Of a DNA stretch of 64,000 nt, positions 51,436 through 60,926 are shown in pieces. Position 1 is the first letter of the stretch. The number at the start of each line of letters is the position of its first letter. The stretch spans positions 47,244,001 through 47,308,000 of the forward strand of contig OZ024746.1 in assembly GCA_964016885.1 (NCBI GenBank), read 5' to 3'. The notes beneath the pieces are model-generated. The model saw only the letters and a list, made by a program, of their open reading frames with translations. It was not told where the DNA came from and did no database searches. The stretch comes from Eledone cirrhosa (taxonomy: Eukaryota). The position numbers were made by a program, and so were the translations under genes.

Positions 51436-51643
51436 TTGCCTAGAACATTGGATCATTATTGTGACTTATATTTGGATAAAAATGTATAATGGATACAGTG
51501 ATTTTGACGTATATTTATATATATATATATGCGCCGGGATGGGGCTGTATGTATGTGTGCCTCATTCTGTTTGTAATGTTTTGTGTTTGCAATTTAATTA
51601 TGTGTTCTAGCAATGGCCAACTCTTATCTTTAGAAATATTTTG

Positions 51644-51725
<82 letters not shown>

Positions 51726-51746
51726 CAAAATGCTATATATATATAT

Positions 51747-52067
51747 CTATCTATCTAAGGCGGGTAAAATTCCCGAGATCCATGGACGAGTTCTCTCCAG
51801 CGGTCTCTGTCCCTCATTATCGCTGCAATATCCTGCATCTCCAACAGACCAGTGTCTGTCCTTAGGGCATCAACATATGTTAACCTTGGTCTTCCTCTTC
51901 TAGTGTGTCCATGTAGGGGCTCCCAAAGTAGAGACCTGAAAATCCGCCTCTTCATTGCTGTAGTGGAGTCTGTGCTGCTGTATGGGTCTGAGACTTGGAC
52001 ACTGACCAAGAGACTCACTCAGATGGTGGATGGGTGCTACACGAGAATGCTGAGGATGGCTCTGAAC

Positions 52068-52069
<2 letters not shown>
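51747..52069 (-). mobile_element. RTE-type LINE 3' fragment with 5' inversion
   Basis: Minus piece LWEP.HG..RRGRP..W..stop with a (TAGA) tail; plus piece VVESVLLYGSETWTL..RMLR. Confidence 0.8.
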
Positions 52070-52122
<53 letters not shown>

Positions 52123-52129
52123 CATTTTG

Positions 52130-52169
<40 letters not shown>

Positions 52170-52734
52170 TTGCGAGGTTTTTTATATGAAATCGTGTGTC
52201 GAAACAGATATTGTATATTTGAGGAGGGTCATATTTGCGTAATATTGCCAGAATTAATAACAGAACACACTCACTGTTTGGTTGGTTTTCGCTTCTCGCT
52301 GTCTTTTATATATATATATCTGCGATCTAACTTACTCGGTCCTCAATGTTGCCATTGACTGACCGGCGGTCAAAAATAATACAGATACAATATAGACACA
52401 AACACATATATATAGTTTACATAATTTACATAAATCTTTCGTTGCACATCTGCAACATCGTCAGTGGTGTTATATTCATTGTTCCTCCTGTTGTGTTGTA
52501 TGTCTACGCCATTTTTTTTTTGTTCAGTCTGTCTATATATTTATTTATTTATTTGCTTGTTTGTTTATCTTATTTTATTTTGTCTTCTTTGCGCATGCGT
52601 TTGCGTGTGTGTATAGTGTTATGTGTGATGTGTGACTAGTGTGTATAGTGTTGTGTCTGCTGGGTGACTAGTGTGTGTTTATGTGCTTGTGTATGTATTT
52701 ATTTATCTTATTTTATTTAATTTTATTTACTTAT

Positions 52735-55700
52735 TTATACTTCTCTTAGGTCAGTGTTGTTTGTTTGGGTGTTGTTGTTGTTCCACTCATTCTTTCTGTT
52801 TAGCTTTGGTCTTCTAATTTCTATTTCACTGGCCTCTCTGATTTGCCTATCTGCTGGGTCATTCCTATGTTTAGATATTATTCTAATTTCTATGTTGTCT
52901 ATGTTACCGTCGTGTTGTTGTCTAGCATGTTCGTATAGTACTGACCCGTTTTTTCGTCCTTTTAGTTCCCCCCAGTGTTGGTCTATCCTTTCACCTATGC
53001 TACGAGCTGTCTCACCTATGTATGTTGTTGTCATGTTTCTGCAAGTACCCTCTGTACATCTTATGCTATAGACTACGTTTCTGGTTTTACAGTTTATCCG
53101 GGGGTTCACCTTACATATGATACATTTCCTATTAGTACAGTGGGTTTTCTTAAAAGGGTAGGTTTTGCTGATCAGGGATTTTATGGTGGTTCCTGGCTTT
53201 TCTACCACCTTTATTTTTAAGTGGGTCTTTCTCAGGGCCTTTCTACACTGGTTAGCTAATTTCCCTCCAGGGGTGGCATCCACAAACATGACACTCTGAT
53301 ATCTCTGGTTGTCGTACCATGATGTGGCCTTCCCTATCTTATGTCTAGCCCTATCTAAGCTATTCCATGATTTGCTCCTGTATAGTGGGCAAAGTCCTTT
53401 CATGTCCAGTTCTATGAGGGTCTTATACTTTTCCATGGCTCCTTCGTATACTCTGACTCTGTCTCTTTGGTTGTAGCCAGAGAACTGCATGCGGTTGATG
53501 AAGTGTTGGATGTGTCCTTCCATTTCTGTTTGGTCGCACATGCTGGACACATTCTTCATCACTCGTACCAAATCTGCGATCAGAATATTAAACTTAGCAC
53601 TACTGGACATTGCTGAGTTTTTGAGTATCAGGTATTTGGAGGCCATGGGTTTAGCATAGTGTGAGTGGAGAATTTGGGCTCTCTCGTCTATAGTGTTAAT
53701 CCAGAGTTCTGTGTCTAATACAGGTAGTCTATTGTTAGGGTGTTTGGAAGGGAAGTCTATAGTTACAGTTATACTCTGGTGTATGGAATTAGCTATCTGC
53801 TGGATGCTTTCCATCGTGCTACGTTCTAAATCAAACTTGTTAATGCTCTCTAGTGGGGGTGTTCTTATAACTATATTGATATCGTCTACATAACGAGAGT
53901 ACATGATGAGGTCTATGGAGTTTTCATTAAGGAGATCTTTAAGTCTCCTTTCCCACCATACCATGAAAAGGTTGGCAACATCACCAGCTATGCTGACGCC
54001 GATGGCTGCTCCCTCATTTTGGGTGTAGATTTTCTCATTGAACTTAAATATGTGGCCCTTTAGGGTAGTTTTGATACTAGCCCCTATTGCATGTGCGACC
54101 ATTTTTCTTACCTGATCAGTGTTTTGGGGGGTCCGTATAGCTTTGGTCCACCCAATCCACCTTCCTATGGGAGTCTTTTTAGCCATTGAGGTTATGGTGG
54201 GGGGTCTACCTCTTATAGGTCTAATAGGGCAGAAACATCTAAGGTCATGGCTGTCTAGGTAGTCAGTGTCGTAGGTAAGTCTAAGTAGGAGGCCCAGTTC
54301 GTCTGTGTCGACGTCGCAGAACTCCACCTCACTCTCAATGATCATCTCCACACATCTTTTCACAGCAAAATCAATGTTAATGGATGGGTACAGTGACACC
54401 ACATCCATGCTGCCTATTATGCAGTTGGATAGGCTCCTGTTTTTGTTGCACTCACTGATTCTGCTGAGGAGGTCCTCTGTACTTTCACATACATCTGGGG
54501 ACATCTTGATTATGGGGCGTATAACCATTGAGAGGAAGTAGGAGATCCTGTAGTTGCTAGCTATATTAGCTCCGCATACGGGTCTTGTTGGTGGTCCTGT
54601 TGTCGGGTCGTCGACTGTCTTGTGGTCTTTGCGGAGCCCATACAAGGGTGGTATGCCATTGTTAGACGCCTGGAAGTTGTTGGCAGTGCGTCTGCTTGGC
54701 TTTAGGATGTCAGTCCACATCATCATGTGAGCGTTGAGGATTTTTTCTCTCCCATCGTGTGTTAGTTGTGCAACTTTGCTCGTGTTGGTGATGTGGGGTT
54801 GCATTGCCTCGATGTAGTTCGGCATGCTATCTATTGACATCCTACCAGACTTATCTGTGGGTAGACACACTACCTCACCATCCCTTGTGCGCTGCTTGAG
54901 GCTAACCAAGCCTTCTACAGGTTTTATCCCAAGTTGTTGGGCCTCTGGTCTGCTCTGTCTCATAGTGTACCTGTCTACTACTTGTCTAATCTTATTTCTA
55001 GCTATGGTGAACTGTGCCTCCGTCTCGTCATCTATTTGCTGTGGTATGCAAACTCTTTTATTAAAGGGTAACCTCGTAGGATAGATATTACCCATCTTAT
55101 ATGTTTTGTCAGCTGGGTTGAAAAATAGTTTCTCTAAGGGGTTGTCGTTATTTCTATCGTCATAGTTGTGTGTGTTGCTATTATTGTTATCATGGTGGTT
55201 GTTGTTGTTTCTATCATTAGCATTAATATTATTATTGTTATGATTGCTAGATGTATTGTTGTTTACTTCACCGTTATTGTTGTTGTTGTTACTGCTATTT
55301 CTACCATTGTGGTTGTTACTATTATTATGTTTCTTGTTTTTGTTGATGTTGCTACATGTACTATTTCCATTATTACCACTGTGGCTATTGTTGTTGTTGT
55401 TGTTCGTATTGTTACCGTTATTACTACTGTGGTCACTGTTGCTGTGTCTGTGGTTAACGTTTCTATTATTATTATTATTGTGGTTGTTGTTGTTCTGTCT
55501 ATCGCTAGTATTATTGCCATTATCACTATTTCTCACTTTCCTGCCATTGTTATGGTTATGGCTGTTATTTCTATACCCAGAGTTATTGTTTATATTACTA
55601 CTACCGTTATTATTGTTGTTGTTGTTTACCTTTGCATTCCAACGTATTTTTGTGAAACACTTTTCCAGCTCCGTTTTGCATTCCATAGGGTTAATCTTTT

Positions 55701-55974
55701 TGTAGATGGCAAATTTTGGTGGTAACTTTAGGATTTGTTGTTCTTGTTCACTGATTAAAGTGTTCCCATAGATATTTACTGTGTGGTCATTGGTAAATTC
55801 TTCCGGTAGTTTTACATCACTCATACGGATGTTGTCGATGTTATCTGGGTATTTTTGAGAATATTCGATTTTCCTTTCTTGTAGTTTTTTCTTATTCATC
55901 CATTCTAATTTCTTCTTGAAATGCCTACAGCATTCGTTTTGAGCATATTTCGTTTCGCGTCGGATGACGCTCAT
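52735..55974 (-). CDS. PLE reverse transcriptase plus GIY-YIG endonuclease (1079 aa, probably 5'-truncated) with an Asn-rich insert
   Basis: PTDKSG, LYGLRKDHK, RPV, SMDVVSLYPSI, GAAIG, RYVDD, LPVLD, SGY, CxxxxCxxC and VVY..YIGET.R motifs. Confidence 0.92.
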   Translation of the reverse strand: MSVIRRETKYAQNECCRHFKKKLEWMNKKKLQERKIEYSQKYPDNIDNIRMSDVKLPEEFTNDHTVNIYGNTLISEQEQQILKLPPKFAIYKKINPMECKTELEKCFTKIRWNAKVNNNNNNNGSSNINNNSGYRNNSHNHNNGRKVRNSDNGNNTSDRQNNNNHNNNNNRNVNHRHSNSDHSSNNGNNTNNNNNNSHSGNNGNSTCSNINKNKKHNNSNNHNGRNSSNNNNNNGEVNNNTSSNHNNNNINANDRNNNNHHDNNNSNTHNYDDRNNDNPLEKLFFNPADKTYKMGNIYPTRLPFNKRVCIPQQIDDETEAQFTIARNKIRQVVDRYTMRQSRPEAQQLGIKPVEGLVSLKQRTRDGEVVCLPTDKSGRMSIDSMPNYIEAMQPHITNTSKVAQLTHDGREKILNAHMMMWTDILKPSRRTANNFQASNNGIPPLYGLRKDHKTVDDPTTGPPTRPVCGANIASNYRISYFLSMVIRPIIKMSPDVCESTEDLLSRISECNKNRSLSNCIIGSMDVVSLYPSINIDFAVKRCVEMIIESEVEFCDVDTDELGLLLRLTYDTDYLDSHDLRCFCPIRPIRGRPPTITSMAKKTPIGRWIGWTKAIRTPQNTDQVRKMVAHAIGASIKTTLKGHIFKFNEKIYTQNEGAAIGVSIAGDVANLFMVWWERRLKDLLNENSIDLIMYSRYVDDINIVIRTPPLESINKFDLERSTMESIQQIANSIHQSITVTIDFPSKHPNNRLPVLDTELWINTIDERAQILHSHYAKPMASKYLILKNSAMSSSAKFNILIADLVRVMKNVSSMCDQTEMEGHIQHFINRMQFSGYNQRDRVRVYEGAMEKYKTLIELDMKGLCPLYRSKSWNSLDRARHKIGKATSWYDNQRYQSVMFVDATPGGKLANQCRKALRKTHLKIKVVEKPGTTIKSLISKTYPFKKTHCTNRKCIICKVNPRINCKTRNVVYSIRCTEGTCRNMTTTYIGETARSIGERIDQHWGELKGRKNGSVLYEHARQQHDGNIDNIEIRIISKHRNDPADRQIREASEIEIRRPKLNRKNEWNNNNTQTNNTDLREV

Positions 55975-56051
55975 GAAGTCATCTCTCTCGTTTGCTGTGA
56001 TGAGATTTCGGATTTCCTTACCGTTGATGCGGTTTTGTCATAGACCTCATC

Positions 56052-57221
56052 ATGTACTCTCGTTATGTAGACGATATCAATATAGTTATAAGAACACCCC
56101 CACTAGAGAGCACTAACAAGTTTGATTTAGAACGTAGCACGATGGAAAGCATCCAGCAGATAGCTAATTCCATACACCAGAGTATAACTGTAACTATAGA
56201 CTTCCCTTCCAAACACCCTAACAATAGACTACCTGTATTAGACGCAGAACTCTGGATTAACACTATAGACGAGAGAGCCCAAATTCTCCACTCACACTAT
56301 GCTAAACCCATGGCCTCCAAATACCTGATACTCAAAAACTCAGCAATGTCCAGTAGTGCTAAGTTTAATATTCTGATCGCAGATTTGGTACGAGTGATGA
56401 AGAATGTGTCCAGCATGTGCGACCAAACAGAAATGGAAGGACACATCCAACACTTCATCAACCGCATGCAGTTCTCTGGCTACAACCAAAGAGACAGAGT
56501 CAGAGTATACGAAGGAGCCATGGAAAAGTATAAGACCCTCATAGAACTGGACATGAAAGGAATTTGCCCACTATACAGGAGCAAATCATGGAATAGCTTA
56601 GATAGGGCTAGACATAAGATAGGGAAGGCCACATCATGGTACGACAACCAGAGATATCAGAGTGTCATGTTTGTGGATGCCACCCCTGGAGGGAAATTAG
56701 CTAACCAGTGTAGAAAGGCCCTGAGAAAGACCCACTTAAAAATAAAGGTGGTAGAAAAGCCAGGAACCACCATAAAATCCCTGATCAGCAAAACCTACCC
56801 TTTTAAGAAAACCCACTGTACTAATAGGAAATGTATCATATGTAAGGTGAACCCCCGGATAAACTGTAAAACCAGAAACGTAGTCTATAGCATAAGATGT
56901 ACAGAGGGTACTTGCAGAAACATGACAACAACATACATAGGTGAGACAGCTCGTAGCATAGGTGAAAGGATAGACCAACACTGGGGGGAACTAAAAGGAC
57001 GAAAAAACGGGTCAGTACTATACGAACATGCTAGACAACAACACGACGGTAACATAGACAACATAGAAATTAGAATAATATCTAAACATAGGAATGACCC
57101 AGCAGATAGGCAAATCAGAGAGGCCAGTGAAATAGAAATTAGAAGACCAAAGCTAAACAGAAAGAATGAGTGGAACAACAACAACACCCAAACAAACAAC
57201 ACTGACCTAAGAGAAGTATAA
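56052..57221 (+). CDS. Inverted duplicate of the PLE RT C-terminal half plus GIY-YIG (389 aa)
   Basis: Only three amino-acid differences from the minus-strand ORF in the ORF track. Confidence 0.8.
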   Translation: MYSRYVDDINIVIRTPPLESTNKFDLERSTMESIQQIANSIHQSITVTIDFPSKHPNNRLPVLDAELWINTIDERAQILHSHYAKPMASKYLILKNSAMSSSAKFNILIADLVRVMKNVSSMCDQTEMEGHIQHFINRMQFSGYNQRDRVRVYEGAMEKYKTLIELDMKGICPLYRSKSWNSLDRARHKIGKATSWYDNQRYQSVMFVDATPGGKLANQCRKALRKTHLKIKVVEKPGTTIKSLISKTYPFKKTHCTNRKCIICKVNPRINCKTRNVVYSIRCTEGTCRNMTTTYIGETARSIGERIDQHWGELKGRKNGSVLYEHARQQHDGNIDNIEIRIISKHRNDPADRQIREASEIEIRRPKLNRKNEWNNNNTQTNNTDLREV

Positions 57222-57485
57222 ATAAGTAAATAAAATTAAATAAAATAAGATAAATAAATACATACACAAGCACATAAACACACACTAGTCACCCAGCAGA
57301 CACAACACTATACACACTAGTCACACATCACACATAACACTATACACACACGCAAACGCATGCGCAAAGAAGACAAAATAAAATAAGATAAACAAACAAG
57401 CAAATAAATAAATAAATATATAGACAGACTGAACAAAAAAAAAATGGCGTAGACATACAACACAACAGGAGGAACAATGAATATA

Positions 57486-57530
57486 ACACCACTGACGATG
57501 TTGCAGATGTGCAACGAAAGATTTATGTAA
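57486..57530 (+). ncRNA. Minimal type I hammerhead motif in PLE family 2 pLTR (mirror at ~52426-52470)
   Basis: CTGACGA-T-GTTGCA(GATG)TGCAAC-GAAA-GATT-TA; stem I is weak. Confidence 0.6.
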
Positions 57531-57741
57531 ATTATGTAAACTATATATATGTGTTTGTGTCTATATTGTATCTGTATTATTTTTGACCGCCGGTCAGTCA
57601 ATGGCAACATTGAGGACCGAGTAAGTTAGATCGCAGATATATATATATAAAAGACAGCGAGAAGCGAAAACCAACCAAACAGTGAGTGTGTTCTGTTATT
57701 AATTCTGGCAATATTACGCAAATATGACCCTCCCCAAATAT

Positions 57742-57777
<36 letters not shown>

Positions 57778-57784
57778 CATTTTG

Positions 57785-57881
<97 letters not shown>

Positions 57882-58373
57882 CAAGTGAAGATACATTGTG
57901 AGTATAAAGTCTTTCTATACTGAGCTTTTTGTTTCATAGATGCGATCTTGTTACTGAAAATTACAACTACTTTCCGTAGAAGAGAAAATGTAAAACATCT
58001 TCAGAAAAGTTTGTAATTCTGAATAGAAAAGAAAAACGAATCAAACTATACAACATAAATAGTTTATGAGGTTCCCCAAAAGCATGAAAAAGGGAGCCCC
58101 AAAACGAGAAGAAATGAAGCAAAATGGGGAGATTTTACATAATGAAAGTCATACCCATTTTCACAAGAGAAGACATCTCTCACCCATCCCAAAGTGTGTG
58201 GGAGATCCCCCCGTCGGACGGAGAGAGTTGACAGGTCTAGTATTTGTACTTAAATGTGAACATAATGTAAAGATTATGTGAACATACTGTAAAGATACAC
58301 ATGAATATCACTGCGTCTACTATACAATTTTGTCTAAATATAAATCATAATAAGGAAGCCTGTTTGCAACAAA

Positions 58374-58445
58374 GGTTCTATGGTGTAATGGTTAGCACTC
58401 TGGACTCTGAATCCAGCGATCCGAGTTCAAGTCTCGGTAGAACCT
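58374..58445 (+). tRNA. trnQ-CTG: tRNA-Gln(CTG)
   Basis: Intact cloverleaf, T-run about 13 nt downstream. Confidence 0.92.
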
Positions 58446-59116
58446 GATCTGTAGTATGTTTTTGTTTAAGTTTTTGAATCTTGTAGGTAGGTATAACAAG
58501 AAATCTTTTACACACATAAACACGCTCACACGCACGCACACAAATTTATTCACGTTACGTTCATATAATACTTAAATCTGATTTTGTCAAGAAGAATCTT
58601 TATTGATCTACTTTTTTATGTATAGTTCATTGAGCATGAAAACGCACGTGTTTGTGAGTGTGTGTGTATGTAAATTGCCTGTTGCAATACAGAAAGAAAG
58701 TCATGAAACACGTAAAATTGATCAAAATATATTGAAAATTACGTTCAACCAAGATTTGTACTTTAATGACAAGATTGAAAGTCCAGACTTCATCCCTTTA
58801 AACAATAAAATCGAGCTTATCAGGAAGCAGATTGTCTTAATTCGTATTGGAATAAAAGGATTTGACATACTGATATAGATATATATGTAATTGAATATCC
58901 ACTATCAAATGTAAAATACTAAACATCCTCTATTATATCACATTTTTATTACAATTAATTAGTTCCAGTCCTATGTTTACTATTGCACATAAACATTGCA
59001 CATAAACATAAGCAAGTGTGTATTTGTACTTCTGTGTGTGGGGGCGCGCGTGTGTGTTTATAAATCTTCTGTCAAGTATTGAAATCGTAAAATTGAAAAC
59101 AAAAACATCGCAAATC

Positions 59117-59188
59117 ACGTTCTATCGAGATTTTAAATGAGATCGCTGGATTCAAAGGCTAAACTACTAGACATCGTGCCAGAGAAAC
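59117..59188 (-). pseudogene. Decayed tRNA-Gln(TTG)
   Basis: GTTCTATCGAGA..GATCGCTGGATTCAAAG alignable; 5' half degenerate. Confidence 0.55.
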
Positions 59189-59191
59189 GAA

Positions 59192-59520
59192 GGCTCTGAG
59201 TTCAAATCCCACCGAGGTTAACTTTTCCTTTCATCCTTACGGAGTCAATAAAATAAAGCACCTGGGGTAATTACTGGTCTTATGCCAAAAGTAGAAACAA
59301 TTATTACTATTAGACCAGTGGATTGGCAGTATCAGTAGAGCGTCGGTAACCATGCTTTGCACCATAGAGTTACGGCCCTTTACGTTCTGAGTTCAAATCT
59401 CACCTAGGTTAGCTTTGCCTTTCATCCTTATGGAGTCGGTAAAATAAAGCACCAGTAACGCACTGGAGTCGATTAAATTGACTTTCCCCTTCTCAAAATA
59501 TTGCTGGCCTTGTGTCTAAG
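59192..59520 (+). mobile_element. Two adjacent SINE copies
   Basis: Family consensus at ~59192-59305 (5' truncated) and ~59318-59520. Confidence 0.8.
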
Positions 59521-59663
59521 TCGGTGTGCGAATATCTGCATGCTTTATGTTTGTTGTTGTTACTATTTAGCACCAAGTCTTTGTCAATGAGCTGACCTAA
59601 AATTAAATGAGGACCAGCTTCGACCATCTTTTGTCTTTAGATTTATTTTTGAAGTATATTCAG

Positions 59664-59709
<46 letters not shown>

Positions 59710-59712
<3 letters not shown>

Positions 59713-60271
59713 GATAAATCTACCAAAAGTTTACGGTTGTGTCCAATCCGTATGAAGAACTCAATGTAATCCGGATATCATGGAAAGAAGAGATGCATTC
59801 AAAAATCACTTTCGGTGAAAGATAAACGGAATACAGAGTCAAGATAAAATGTTAAAAAAATAATGAATAAAACAATGAAACAGTTCCTTATATTAAACAA
59901 AAAATGTTCATTATTTAACGATCGTTTCTAGGACATATATGTGTTAGAATTGGCATGCATATTCAACAGATCTATGTACAAAATTATACAAAATTATACA
60001 AACTATCAAATATAATATACATACCAACACATACATATGCCGTCTTCAGAAATTTCTTCAGATTTCTGAAGACGGCATATGTATGTGTTGGTATGTATAT
60101 TATATTTGATAGTTTGTATAATTTTGTATAATTTTGTACATAGATCTGTTGAATATGCATGCCAATTCTAACACATATATGTCCTAGAAACGATCGTTAG
60201 ATAATGAACTTTTTTTGTTTAATATAAGGAACTGTTTCATTGTTTTATTCATTATTTTTTTAACATTTTAT
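59710..60271. mobile_element. (TA)n-embedded foldback: 210-bp inverted arms each carrying a hammerhead-like motif
   Basis: 59844-60053 is the reverse complement of 60062-60271 with an 8-nt spacer; each arm starts ATTT-CTGAAGA..GAAA-CGATCG-TT. Confidence 0.85.
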
Positions 60272-60545
60272 ATATATATATATATATATCAATGAAGTGG
60301 TATTAATAAATGGAAACTACATTATAAAACCATATTTATTTTATTATATATATTTCAAGGGTACCAAAAAGACTTTGGTACGCTCTCATCAGATAAAATA
60401 CAAAATTTGTTTTATAAATAGTGACATACCCGATAAAGCAGACTTTATATGTTCAGGTTCCATATCTATATATCTATTAGTAACGGTTTGGGTTGAATCA
60501 TTTATATTGTTCTAAGCATAAGTAAAATTAAACAAATCAAAAGAA

Positions 60546-60617
60546 AGGTTTTATCGAGACTTAAACTCGGATCGCTGGATTCAAAGTCCAGAGCGCTTAC
60601 CATTACACCATAGAACC
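60546..60617 (-). pseudogene. tRNA-Gln(TTG), probably defective
   Basis: Full length, but T-loop reads GTTTAA and the acceptor stem has mismatches. Confidence 0.65.
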
Positions 60618-60736
60618 GAGCTTAACAGAAAGCTCAGTATTTTAATCTATATTTTAATAGATATAGTATGACGAACTAATATAAATATATATGTAGATAA
60701 CTATCCACAATATATATAAAGCATTATATTTATATT

Positions 60737-60926
60737 GGTGGATTGGCAGCATCGGTAGAGGGTCGGACGCCATGGCTTGCAGCACAGCAAAGAGTTACGC
60801 CCCTTTACGGTCTGAGTTCAAATCCCACCGAGGTTAACTTTGCCTTTCATCCTTACTGGGTCGATAAAATAAAGTACCAGTAATGCACTGGGGTAATTGC
60901 TGGTCTTGTGTCAAAAGTAGAAACAA
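60737..60926 (+). mobile_element. tRNA-derived SINE
   Basis: Family consensus; TSD ATTATATTTATAT. Confidence 0.85.

Larger units (their letters stand above)
52168..57746. mobile_element. Penelope-like element family 2 (C-terminal GIY-YIG, Neptune-like) as a head-to-head pair with ~1.7-kb inverted arms
   Basis: Minus copy 52168-~56035 and plus copy ~56039-57746; both outer ends are 3' ends abutting (TA)n. Confidence 0.93.
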
